DNA of 64,000 nucleotides from Candidatus Brennerbacteria bacterium (lineage in GTDB: Bacteria > Patescibacteriota > Minisyncoccia > UBA6257 > GWB1-50-10): contig JAZDNP010000013.1 of the NCBI GenBank assembly GCA_043799565.1, positions 5,847 to 69,846 on the forward strand, read 5' to 3'. Made by a program: the position numbers and the translations under genes. The notes beneath the pieces are model-generated. The model ran no database searches and was not told the DNA's origin. It worked only from the letters and a program-made list of their open reading frames with translations. How positions within the stretch are numbered: the stretch's first letter is position 1; every line of letters starts with the position of its first letter. This document shows, one piece after another, positions 24,238 to 32,522 of the stretch.

Positions 24238-25596
24238 TTATAACACCGCCACTTCTCCCGGTGAGGGAATATACGCGGCGATAGCGAGTTCATCACGCAT
24301 TTTTTGCGAAAGCGCGTTCGCCTCCTCCTCTTCTCCTTGCACCACGAACGCTCTCCGGAGTTTCCCGCGCGCATCATGGAGCCAAGCAAGAAGTTGCGGC
24401 TGGTCGGCATGCGCGGAATATCCAGAAATCTGCATCGTGTGTGCACGCGCGGGAATTTTTACGCCATTGATAGTCACCTCCTTTGCGCCGTCCAAAATGA
24501 TACGCCCTAAAGAACCCTTCGCCTGGTATCCCACAAAAAATATCGTGCTCTTCGGATCGGGGAGATAGCGCATCTCATGGCGCAGGATGCGGCCTCCTTG
24601 CGACATTCCCGAGCCCGCAATTATCACTTTCGGCGCAGGTACATCATTAATGGCAATGGATTGCTCCCGCGTAAGCGTCATGGCTAACCCAGGAAAATTG
24701 AATATTGCATCCCCTCCTTTCGCCGCCGCGATCGACTCACGGCTAAAATAAAGCGGATCGCGCGAATATTTTTCGTAGACGGCGGTTACCCTTATCGCAA
24801 GGGGGCTGTCAATGAAAATAGGGATGCGGGGAATGCGCCCCTCTTCCACCAATGTATTCAGCTCGTAGAGAAGTTCCTGGGTACGCTCCAGCGCGAACGC
24901 AGGGATCATCAGCACTCCCTTGTTTGCTGAGGTCTCTTCAATGAGGTTTTCCAATGTTTCGCGCCGCGTATCAACGGAATCGTGAATCCGGCCTCCATAC
25001 GCCGACTCCACAAGAACAAAATCCGTATCCGCAGGAAGCGGCTCCCGGGGAAGGATGAAAGGCGCGGGGCTATTTCCAAGGTCCCCCGAAAATACCACCC
25101 TCTTTCCTTCCGCATTGATTGCAATGAACGACGAACCGAGAATATGACCCGCGTCAAAAAATTCAATAGTGAAGGGACCTACTTTGAACGGCTCGTGGTA
25201 GCGCATTCCCCGCCAAAGCCCCACCGCGCGCGCCACGTCCTCCGCGGTGTAGAGCGGAGGGCGGTGCTTATCCTCCGCTTCCTCGCCGAGAATATGTTCG
25301 GAATCCAAAAGGAGCGTTTCCGCAAAGTCGCGGGTCGGCGGCGTGGAAAATATTGGGCACGCGAGGCCGTCACGCACGAGCTTCGGGATGCGTCCCACGT
25401 GGTCAATGTGCGCGTGAGTGACGAGGAGCGCCGACAATTCTTTCGGCTCATACGCGAAGGGCTTCCAGTTTGCCTCCTCCGCATACCGACCACCTTGAGA
25501 AAGCCCGCAGTCAATGAGAATTTTTGCCCCGCCGGATTCCAACATGTATTCCGCACCGGTCACTGACTTTGCGCCTCCGAAGAACGTAAGGGTCAT
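24238..25596 (-). CDS. beta-CASP metallo-beta-lactamase-fold RNA/DNA nuclease (second paralog in the window)
   Basis: LVTHAHIDHVGRIP HxHxDH motif and beta-CASP C-terminal region. Start taken at MTLTFFGG. Confidence 0.65.
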   Translation of the reverse strand: MTLTFFGGAKSVTGAEYMLESGGAKILIDCGLSQGGRYAEEANWKPFAYEPKELSALLVTHAHIDHVGRIPKLVRDGLACPIFSTPPTRDFAETLLLDSEHILGEEAEDKHRPPLYTAEDVARAVGLWRGMRYHEPFKVGPFTIEFFDAGHILGSSFIAINAEGKRVVFSGDLGNSPAPFILPREPLPADTDFVLVESAYGGRIHDSVDTRRETLENLIEETSANKGVLMIPAFALERTQELLYELNTLVEEGRIPRIPIFIDSPLAIRVTAVYEKYSRDPLYFSRESIAAAKGGDAIFNFPGLAMTLTREQSIAINDVPAPKVIIAGSGMSQGGRILRHEMRYLPDPKSTIFFVGYQAKGSLGRIILDGAKEVTINGVKIPARAHTMQISGYSAHADQPQLLAWLHDARGKLRRAFVVQGEEEEANALSQKMRDELAIAAYIPSPGEVAVL

Positions 25597-26786
25597 AGTT
25601 TGAGTATACTTTTTATTTCGTTCTTTTCGTTCCAAGGTATCACCTCCTCTCCCGCCATATGAATGGTGGTTTCGCTCCCTTTCCCCGTGGCAACCACCGC
25701 GTCGCCTGCGCGCGCTCCGGAGAGCGCCTCTTTGAGCGCCTCGCGCCTATCAAGCACGATGCGTGCCTTCCCCCGCTCGGCCTTCGGAATGCCTTCCATG
25801 ATTTCCCTCACAATTCCCTCGGGCGATTCGTCGTAAGGGTCTTCGTTCGTGAGAATTATTTCGTCACAAAACGTTGCGGCCACCCGTCCCATCTCCGGAC
25901 GCTTCCATTTGTCCCTTCCCCCCCCGGCGGCTCCCAAAACACAAATAAGGCGTCCGCTATGTTCACTCTTCAAAAATTCATACGCGCGCGTAAGCGAGTC
26001 GGGAGTATGCGCATAGTCCACCATCGCCGCGAATGGTTCTCGCACTATATATTCGAGCCGCCCGGGAATTCCGGGGAATGCGTTGAGCGCTTCTCGAATA
26101 ATGTGCCGGGGTATATTTTTCGCCTCGGCATACGCGGTAGCAAGCGCCGCGTTTTCAAGGTTCACCGGCGCAGAAATCCAACCTTTCTCCAATTGAAGCT
26201 CGGCCCCAAGTGTTTTTGCGGAAACGGAAATTTCCCTTACTCCCCCACTCCGCGCTGCTTCAAGAAATAGGAACGAAGCGGCATCGTCCTTGTTTGCCAC
26301 CGCAATTTTTTGACGCTTGGGAGATGCGGCAAGCATGCGGAAAAACCCTAATTTGGCTTCACGGTACGCTTCGAACGACCCATGCGATTCAATATGCTCG
26401 GGAGCAAGGTTTGTAAAAACGCCTCCGTCCCACTCAATAAAGCGCGCACGGTGTTGAATTATCCCCTGCGAAGTTACTTCAACAAAGGCGTAGCGACACC
26501 CTTGGTCGGCAGCTTTTCTCAAAAACCGCTGGAGCTGCCCGCGTCCGGGCATGCTATTCCCCGTTCGATTTATTTCAACCGCTCCTCCTATTTTCATCCG
26601 CACGGAGGAAATGAAAGCGGTTTTTTTGCCCGCCGCGTCAAACACGGCGGCCAAAAGTTCCACGGTAGTAGACTTCCCCTTCGTGCCCGTCACACCCACA
26701 ACGGTAAGTTCGCGGCTTGGATTTCTATAGAGCAGGTTTGCGAGGTGTGCAAACGCAAAATGATACTTTTCCTTAATCAACATCAT
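25593..26786 (-). CDS. murE: Mur ligase, MurE-like (UDP-MurNAc-L-Ala-D-Glu:diamino acid ligase) lacking the N-terminal domain
   Basis: P-loop VTGTKGKST, NLAPEHIESHGSFEAY and a DYAHTPDSL signature. Only 397 aa. Confidence 0.55.
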   Translation of the reverse strand: MMLIKEKYHFAFAHLANLLYRNPSRELTVVGVTGTKGKSTTVELLAAVFDAAGKKTAFISSVRMKIGGAVEINRTGNSMPGRGQLQRFLRKAADQGCRYAFVEVTSQGIIQHRARFIEWDGGVFTNLAPEHIESHGSFEAYREAKLGFFRMLAASPKRQKIAVANKDDAASFLFLEAARSGGVREISVSAKTLGAELQLEKGWISAPVNLENAALATAYAEAKNIPRHIIREALNAFPGIPGRLEYIVREPFAAMVDYAHTPDSLTRAYEFLKSEHSGRLICVLGAAGGGRDKWKRPEMGRVAATFCDEIILTNEDPYDESPEGIVREIMEGIPKAERGKARIVLDRREALKEALSGARAGDAVVATGKGSETTIHMAGEEVIPWNEKNEIKSILKL

Positions 26787-27373
26787 GATGACCTGCGCGC
26801 GAGCGCTTTCAGGGCGTCCCGGATGCGCGTCTCGGCGGTAATTCCCTGGGGAGAGGCGGGGAGCGATGAGAGAACGTTCTTAACACTGTCGCGCGCGTAC
26901 CCGAGATTCACGAGTACCTCCTCCACTTCATGGTCACGGTCCATGGCCGCGGTGCGCTCTTTTGACGCGGGGGCTGCAATTTTCGTCGAAAGCTCCAGTA
27001 CGATGCGTTCCGCGGTCTTCTTCCCTATCCCCGGCGTTTTGGTAAGGAGGTCGGTGCGCCGTTCAAAAATCGCTGCCATAAGATTCTCCGGCGTCTCGGC
27101 GTCCAATACCCCGAGCGCGGTTTTCGGCCCCACGCCCGCCACGGAGTTCAGAAGCTCAAAAAGCGCGAGCGATTGCGCTTCCAAAAATCCGAAAAGTTCC
27201 ACTCGTTCTTCACGAAGGTAGAAATGCGTATATAACATAACCTCCTCGCCAGTTTTTGGAAGCGCGGCAAGCGCACGCGGATTCATTTGAACAAGAAGCC
27301 CGATGCCGTGGCAATCCACCACTGCGGCGTGTTCGTGACGTGCGGTAAGTATTCCCCGAAGTGTGTGTATCAT
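26783..27373 (-). CDS. ruvA: Holliday junction DNA helicase RuvA
   Basis: MIHTLRGIL...GIGLLV..., HhH motifs GVGPKTALGVLD; 196 aa. Confidence 0.8.
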   Translation of the reverse strand: MIHTLRGILTARHEHAAVVDCHGIGLLVQMNPRALAALPKTGEEVMLYTHFYLREERVELFGFLEAQSLALFELLNSVAGVGPKTALGVLDAETPENLMAAIFERRTDLLTKTPGIGKKTAERIVLELSTKIAAPASKERTAAMDRDHEVEEVLVNLGYARDSVKNVLSSLPASPQGITAETRIRDALKALARRSS

Positions 27374-27434
27374 TCCGCTTCATTATAATCCGAAAAAGTT
27401 GACTTCGCTCCCCTCGTCCGCTTTAATGAACCGT

Positions 27435-27695
27435 ATGCCACGAACGAAATCCGCGAAGAAAGCGCTTCGCCAGAATGCACGGCGCCGCACCCAAAATGTC
27501 ACGCGCCGCACCCACATACGCGATGCGGTAAAGCTGTACAAGAAAGCGGCGGGGGGCAAGGATACCGCCGAAGCGCTTGCCGCGCTTTCCCGCGCCTATC
27601 AGGCCCTGGATAAGATGGCGAAAGTGGGCCTCATCAAAAAAGGCAAAGCGCGCCGGCTTAAATCACGTCTTGCAAAAAAACTTCCGCGCGGCTAA
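27435..27695 (+). CDS. rpsT: 30S ribosomal protein S20
   Basis: MPRTKSAKKALRQNARRRTQNVTRRTHIR... signature. The track ORF start at 27363 is an upstream over-extension. Confidence 0.8.
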   Translation: MPRTKSAKKALRQNARRRTQNVTRRTHIRDAVKLYKKAAGGKDTAEALAALSRAYQALDKMAKVGLIKKGKARRLKSRLAKKLPRG

Positions 27696-28518
27696 CCGCC
27701 GGACTCCCTGAAGCGCTCACCGCAAAATCGGTGAGCGCTTCTTCATATTCCAGTTTCCCGCTCTTTACGGCGATATCGTACGCCGCAAGTGCAACCACGG
27801 AAGCCCCCGAAATCGCGTATGCAACGGTGTTGAAAATCCTCGCCGCGGGCTCGGGCCCCAAGAAGAGACGCTCAAGCGCGGTGAGGCGCTCCAATGGGCT
27901 TACCCCCGCATAAACAGGCCGAAGGCCACTATAGAGTTCTTCCGAGGGGAGCCATGCGGTAAGGCGTTCAAGATTTTCCCTCGTCACGGGAGAAGGAAAT
28001 GACGCGAGCGCTATGCGGTCCAGCTCCGAGGACGCACGCGCGCTCCGCAACGGCAGCGACTCTAAATAGTTCAGAAAAAAACTAAAGGCGGCGGGTTCAA
28101 ATGCGATTCCCCGCGTCTTCGCCTCACGCATCACAAAAACTTCCAAAATTCGCCCCGCAAGCTCATTAAATTCCTGCCGCCCCACGCCTTCATGCGCGAG
28201 AAACGGAAATGTTTCGGTAGGGTCTTTCTCCGCCGAAAGTATCACCACAACTCCCTTCGTTTCTGCCGCCTCTTTCAACGCTTCGCCCCATCCTTTTTCT
28301 TCGGCTGCGACCGGTTCGCGCACGAAGAGCACTTTGGAGTCCACGAATATGGACGGCTGGCGAAGAAAGTCCCGCGCATTCGTCCACTCTTCGGGATTTT
28401 CCTCAAGGTCTATTGAGAGCAAGTCCGCGAGCGGATACTTCGCGCGATAGGTCGCGATGAGCGCTTTCGCCTTTTCCATGCGGCGGTAGGAATCGGGGCC
28501 GAAAAGAAGAATGACCAT
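27658..28518 (-). CDS. holA: DNA polymerase III delta subunit (tentative)
   Basis: About 287 aa with a clamp-loader delta-like N-terminus (VILLFGPDSYRR...). Start taken at MVILLFG. Confidence 0.45.
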   Translation of the reverse strand: MVILLFGPDSYRRMEKAKALIATYRAKYPLADLLSIDLEENPEEWTNARDFLRQPSIFVDSKVLFVREPVAAEEKGWGEALKEAAETKGVVVILSAEKDPTETFPFLAHEGVGRQEFNELAGRILEVFVMREAKTRGIAFEPAAFSFFLNYLESLPLRSARASSELDRIALASFPSPVTRENLERLTAWLPSEELYSGLRPVYAGVSPLERLTALERLFLGPEPAARIFNTVAYAISGASVVALAAYDIAVKSGKLEYEEALTDFAVSASGSPAVSRAEVFLQDVI

Positions 28519-28591
28519 AACGCCTCCATTATAAATGACAAAAGAGAAACCCGCTTCAATCTGAAGCGGGCTCCCGAACATATGAATCCAT

Positions 28592-29047
28592 CTACTGCCC
28601 CACTCGAAAGATAAGCCTGTTCGTCTTCGCCTTCGGATCCAGATTCTGGAGTTCCAGTATCGCGTGGACCTCTCTCCCTTGAACTAATTGGCCAGTATTC
28701 AGGGAGTGACCGTTGTTGTGGAAATTCCAGACCATGGTCGCCGAACGAACCGCAGGCTCAAACGGCATCATGGATGCGGTGACCGGTATGCGCCGATGCG
28801 TCTGCGAAAAAACGGGATAGCGTCCGGGGATCGTCAGTGTGGCGTCCGGCGGAATCATATAGGTCGTGGGATCACCCCCGACCACGATCTTTGCCGAATG
28901 CGGCACGTCATTCCGGATTACGAGCGTTGCGTCTTCGCAGTACCCGTACACCCAGAATTCTTTCGAGGTCGCCATCTTTCCGACCCCACATCCGCCAAGC
29001 ATCGTCGCGAAAGCGACAAGCGCAAACAGCACAGTGAGTTGTTTCAT
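28592..29047 (-). CDS. hypothetical lipoprotein
   Basis: Signal peptide with lipobox MLGGCG; 151 aa. Confidence 0.45.
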   Translation of the reverse strand: MKQLTVLFALVAFATMLGGCGVGKMATSKEFWVYGYCEDATLVIRNDVPHSAKIVVGGDPTTYMIPPDATLTIPGRYPVFSQTHRRIPVTASMMPFEPAVRSATMVWNFHNNGHSLNTGQLVQGREVHAILELQNLDPKAKTNRLIFRVGQ

Positions 29048-29153
29048 GACACATCTCCTTTAATTGTTCTGTTTGTATTATATCACCAAATAGCGAAAAA
29101 GTCAAATGTTCCTCGTTTCTGCCCCGTTAAAACGCTACAATATAGAGGAACTC

Positions 29154-30833
29154 ATGCTCCAAACAAAGGCACTTGAAGAAAAACTCGCCAAGCAGCGGAA
29201 GGTGGCCGAAGAAGCGGACGCCAAACGCCGGGCAGAAGCCCTGAAACTTCCCTATTTGGACCTCATATCGGTGAAGGTACCGACCGAGATAAAGGCGATG
29301 CAGTTGGTGCCCGAGGCGGAGGCGAAGGAGGCACTTCTTGTCCCTATCCAGCTTGCACGGAAAAAGCTTATTGTCGCCGCGTTCAATCCGGAAAAGCCGG
29401 AGGCAAAAGCCATACTTGAGCGTCTCAAAAAGACGTACACCGTAGAAACGGTGGTGTCCTCGCTTTCGTCCCTCACGCACGGATGGAGTTACTACAAGTA
29501 TGTCGCCGCAGAAGAAAAGGAGATAAGCGGGAGGGTACAGATCGACCACGCGCGGCTTGGCGATCTCATGGGCCAGATGAAAAACCTTGAGGACGTGAAG
29601 CGCGCCATCGCGGAATTCAAAAGCCCTCTCACTTCTGAAATGCTAGAAATCGTCATCGCGGGCGCTATGGCACTCCGCGCTTCCGACATCAACCTGGAAC
29701 CGCGCGAAGGCGGAGGCACGCTCCGCTACCGCATTGACGGCCTCCTCTATATTGCCTACGACGGATTTGCGGCACATGTGTACCACTCGCTCGTCACGCG
29801 CGTAAAACTTCTCTCCAACCTGAAACTGAACGTCGCAGACGAACCGCAGGACGGTCGCTTCACCATAGACCTTGAAGACCGCGACATTGAGGTGCGTACC
29901 TCGCTCATCCCCTCCGAATACGGGGAGACATCCGTGATGCGGATACTGGACCCGAACGCACTTAAGGTAAACCTGGAAGACCTCGGCTGGCGGGCGGACG
30001 ACCTCGCAATTGTGCAGGGAGAAATAAAAAAACCGAACGGTTTGGTGTTGAATACCGGTCCTACCGGGAGCGGAAAAACCACCACACTCTACGCGTTCCT
30101 CAAACACGTGTGGAAACCTGAAATAAAGGTGATTACGGTAGAAGACCCCATCGAATACCACCTCCAAGGAATATCACAAACCCAGGTGGACCCCGAAGCG
30201 AACTACACCTTCGCGTCTGGCCTTCGCGCGATACTGCGACAGGACCCGAATATCATCCTCGTCGGCGAGATACGCGACAAAGAGACCGCGGAGATAGCTT
30301 TGAATGCTTCGCTTACGGGCCACATCGTGTTTTCCACGCTCCACACGAACGACGCGGTAGGCGCGGTCCCCCGCCTTTTGGATCTTGGCATCCAACCACA
30401 AATATTGGGCCCTTCACTTACCCTCATCATCGCGCAACGACTCGTTCGCATACTTTGCAAGCACTGCCGCGTGCCCTCACCGCTTGGCAAAGAGGACGCG
30501 GAACGAATTAAAAAACTTCTCGCGGAACTTCCCGCACGCGTGGACCGCACCCCATACGCAAAACCTACGGTCTTCCAACCGAAAGGATGCGCTGAATGTA
30601 AGAATCTCGGTTACCACGGGCGAACGTCCATATTCGAACTTTTCGCCATCACGAAAGAAATAGAGGAAATGATATATAAAAATCCGACCGAAATAGACCT
30701 CGCGCGCTTGGCACGCGAGGGGGGAATGACTACAATGCAGGAAGACGGCACACTCAAAGTTCTCCAAGGTATCACCTCTTTTGACGAGGTGGAGCGTGTC
30801 ACCGGACCACTTTTGTGGCGCGGCGCAAAATAA
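29154..30833 (+). CDS. pilB: GspE/PilB-family type II/IV secretion ATPase
   Basis: Walker A GPTGSGKTTT, Asp/His boxes, C-terminal CxxC...CxxC. Start taken at MLQTKALEE, preceded by an AGAGGA SD. Confidence 0.8.
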   Translation: MLQTKALEEKLAKQRKVAEEADAKRRAEALKLPYLDLISVKVPTEIKAMQLVPEAEAKEALLVPIQLARKKLIVAAFNPEKPEAKAILERLKKTYTVETVVSSLSSLTHGWSYYKYVAAEEKEISGRVQIDHARLGDLMGQMKNLEDVKRAIAEFKSPLTSEMLEIVIAGAMALRASDINLEPREGGGTLRYRIDGLLYIAYDGFAAHVYHSLVTRVKLLSNLKLNVADEPQDGRFTIDLEDRDIEVRTSLIPSEYGETSVMRILDPNALKVNLEDLGWRADDLAIVQGEIKKPNGLVLNTGPTGSGKTTTLYAFLKHVWKPEIKVITVEDPIEYHLQGISQTQVDPEANYTFASGLRAILRQDPNIILVGEIRDKETAEIALNASLTGHIVFSTLHTNDAVGAVPRLLDLGIQPQILGPSLTLIIAQRLVRILCKHCRVPSPLGKEDAERIKKLLAELPARVDRTPYAKPTVFQPKGCAECKNLGYHGRTSIFELFAITKEIEEMIYKNPTEIDLARLAREGGMTTMQEDGTLKVLQGITSFDEVERVTGPLLWRGAK

Positions 30834-30847
30834 AAATCGCACCGTAA

Positions 30848-30985
30848 GATCTGTGGGCGTAAACCAGGGAATGGCTCACAAAACTCCTTATGCTACGCAT
30901 AAAGAGGAAGGATCTTCCTGAGGAGTGCTCCCGCCTGAGCCGAAGCGTCCTAGGACTACAGAAGTATCCGTATACCCACAGGTCT
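30848..30985 (+). ncRNA. unexplained structured intergenic element (candidate small RNA)
   Basis: AAGATCTGTGGG at 30848-30859 is complementary to CCCACAGGTCTC at 30973-30984, closing ~125 nt that holds several small hairpins (ATGC-TAC-GCAT, GGAAG-GAT-CTTCC). There is no credible ORF. Confidence 0.25.
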
Positions 30986-31030
30986 CATAGTGCGATCTTC
31001 TAACTAGGATACTAGCATAAAGAAAATAAA

Positions 31031-32053
31031 ATGTCAATCCCCACCTCTTCCCCAGCTTCTCCACAGGAGAATACATCGCCGGACGATGCGGCGCTTGAGC
31101 TTACCCTCCGCCCCACAAAATGGGACGAATATGTAGGCCAGGAGAAGGTAAAACGGAATCTCCGCCTTATTATTGATGCGGCAAAAAACCGCGATGAGGC
31201 GCCCGATCACCTCCTTTTCTACGGTCAGGCGGGATTGGGAAAAACCACACTTGCACACCTCATCGGCCACGAGACGGGCGCCCACATCCACACGACTGCG
31301 GGTCCCGCGCTTGAGAAGGCGGGCGACATCGCCGCCATTCTCTCCAACCTTGAACCGCGCGACATCCTTTTCATCGACGAGGCACACCGCCTCAACAAGC
31401 TCGCCGAAGAAATACTTTACCCCGCGATGGAAGCGCGTAAACTCCATCTCGTGATGGGAAAGGGACCTTCCGCACGCGCGTTCTCGCTCGACCTTCCTCC
31501 GTTCACCGTCATCGCCGCAACCACGCGCGTGAATCTTCTTTCTTCGCCGTTTCGCTCGCGTTTCGGCGCAACCTTCCGGCTCGATTACTATCAACCCAAA
31601 GATATTGAGCAAATCCTTGCGCGCTCCGCGAACATACTCGGCGTCACACTCACCGAAGAAGGCCGCGCGCTCCTTGCGCGTGCTGCACGCTTCACTCCAC
31701 GCACCGCGAACCGTCTTTTGAAACGCGCACGCGATTATGCGGAGGTGCACGGTACAGGGATGGTGGACGGGGCCGCCGTTACTGCAATGCTTGGAATGTT
31801 TGAAATTGACCCAATAGGACTCGAAGAAGCGGATCGCGAGCTCCTCCGCATACTTATCACAAAATGGAACGGAGGTCCGGTGGGCCTCAAAGCGCTCGCC
31901 ACTGCTATGAACGAGGACCCGGGGACAGTTGAGGACGTCTACGAGCCGTTTCTCATGAAAATGGGGTTCCTCCACAGGACCCCCGCAGGACGGGTGGCGA
32001 CGAAAGACGCGTATACACACCTCGGACTTCCCCCGCACCCTTCCCTTATTTAG
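31031..32053 (+). CDS. ruvB: Holliday junction DNA helicase RuvB
   Basis: AAA+ Walker A GQAGLGKTTLAH, Walker B FIDEAHRL and a winged-helix C-terminus. Confidence 0.9.
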   Translation: MSIPTSSPASPQENTSPDDAALELTLRPTKWDEYVGQEKVKRNLRLIIDAAKNRDEAPDHLLFYGQAGLGKTTLAHLIGHETGAHIHTTAGPALEKAGDIAAILSNLEPRDILFIDEAHRLNKLAEEILYPAMEARKLHLVMGKGPSARAFSLDLPPFTVIAATTRVNLLSSPFRSRFGATFRLDYYQPKDIEQILARSANILGVTLTEEGRALLARAARFTPRTANRLLKRARDYAEVHGTGMVDGAAVTAMLGMFEIDPIGLEEADRELLRILITKWNGGPVGLKALATAMNEDPGTVEDVYEPFLMKMGFLHRTPAGRVATKDAYTHLGLPPHPSLI

Positions 32054-32060
32054 TAATTTC

Positions 32061-32522
32061 ATGCGTATCGTCTCCCCTTCGCTTCGCACTACCCATCTCC
32101 TCGCGGGGGCGCTCGCAAAAGAACTCGCACTCCGCCCTCCCCGCCTCCCCCACGCCACCGCAATCGCGCTTGAGGGCCCTTTGGGCGGCGGGAAGACCAC
32201 ATTTGCGCAGGGGTTCGCACGCGCACTTGGTGTAAAACGAAATCTCCCGAGCCCAACATTCACGCTCATCCGTCGATACGCGATAAAGAAGGGCCACTAC
32301 CGCCACCTCTTCCATATAGACGCGTACCGGTTAAAGGATGGAAGCGTAAAAAATCTCGCGCCACTCGGCATCAAGGAGGAATTTTTGGACCCCAAGAATC
32401 TTTTCGTTATCGAATGGGCTGACCGCATCACGCGGGCGCTTCCCAAGAACTTTATGCGCGTTACGTTCCGCCACGTGCGGACCGACCCGGCGTCCCGCAT
32501 ACTCACATTCAAATCAGTATGA
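32061..32522 (+). CDS. tsaE: tRNA t6A biosynthesis ATPase TsaE (YjeE)
   Basis: GPLGGGKTTFAQG P-loop and the PSPTFTL motif. Confidence 0.7.
   Translation: MRIVSPSLRTTHLLAGALAKELALRPPRLPHATAIALEGPLGGGKTTFAQGFARALGVKRNLPSPTFTLIRRYAIKKGHYRHLFHIDAYRLKDGSVKNLAPLGIKEEFLDPKNLFVIEWADRITRALPKNFMRVTFRHVRTDPASRILTFKSV

Noticed and set aside
31034-32269. 411-aa minus-strand ORF covering the whole of ruvB
   Set aside because: Antisense to ruvB, whose motifs are unambiguous; low-complexity Arg-rich translation typical of a GC-rich antisense frame.
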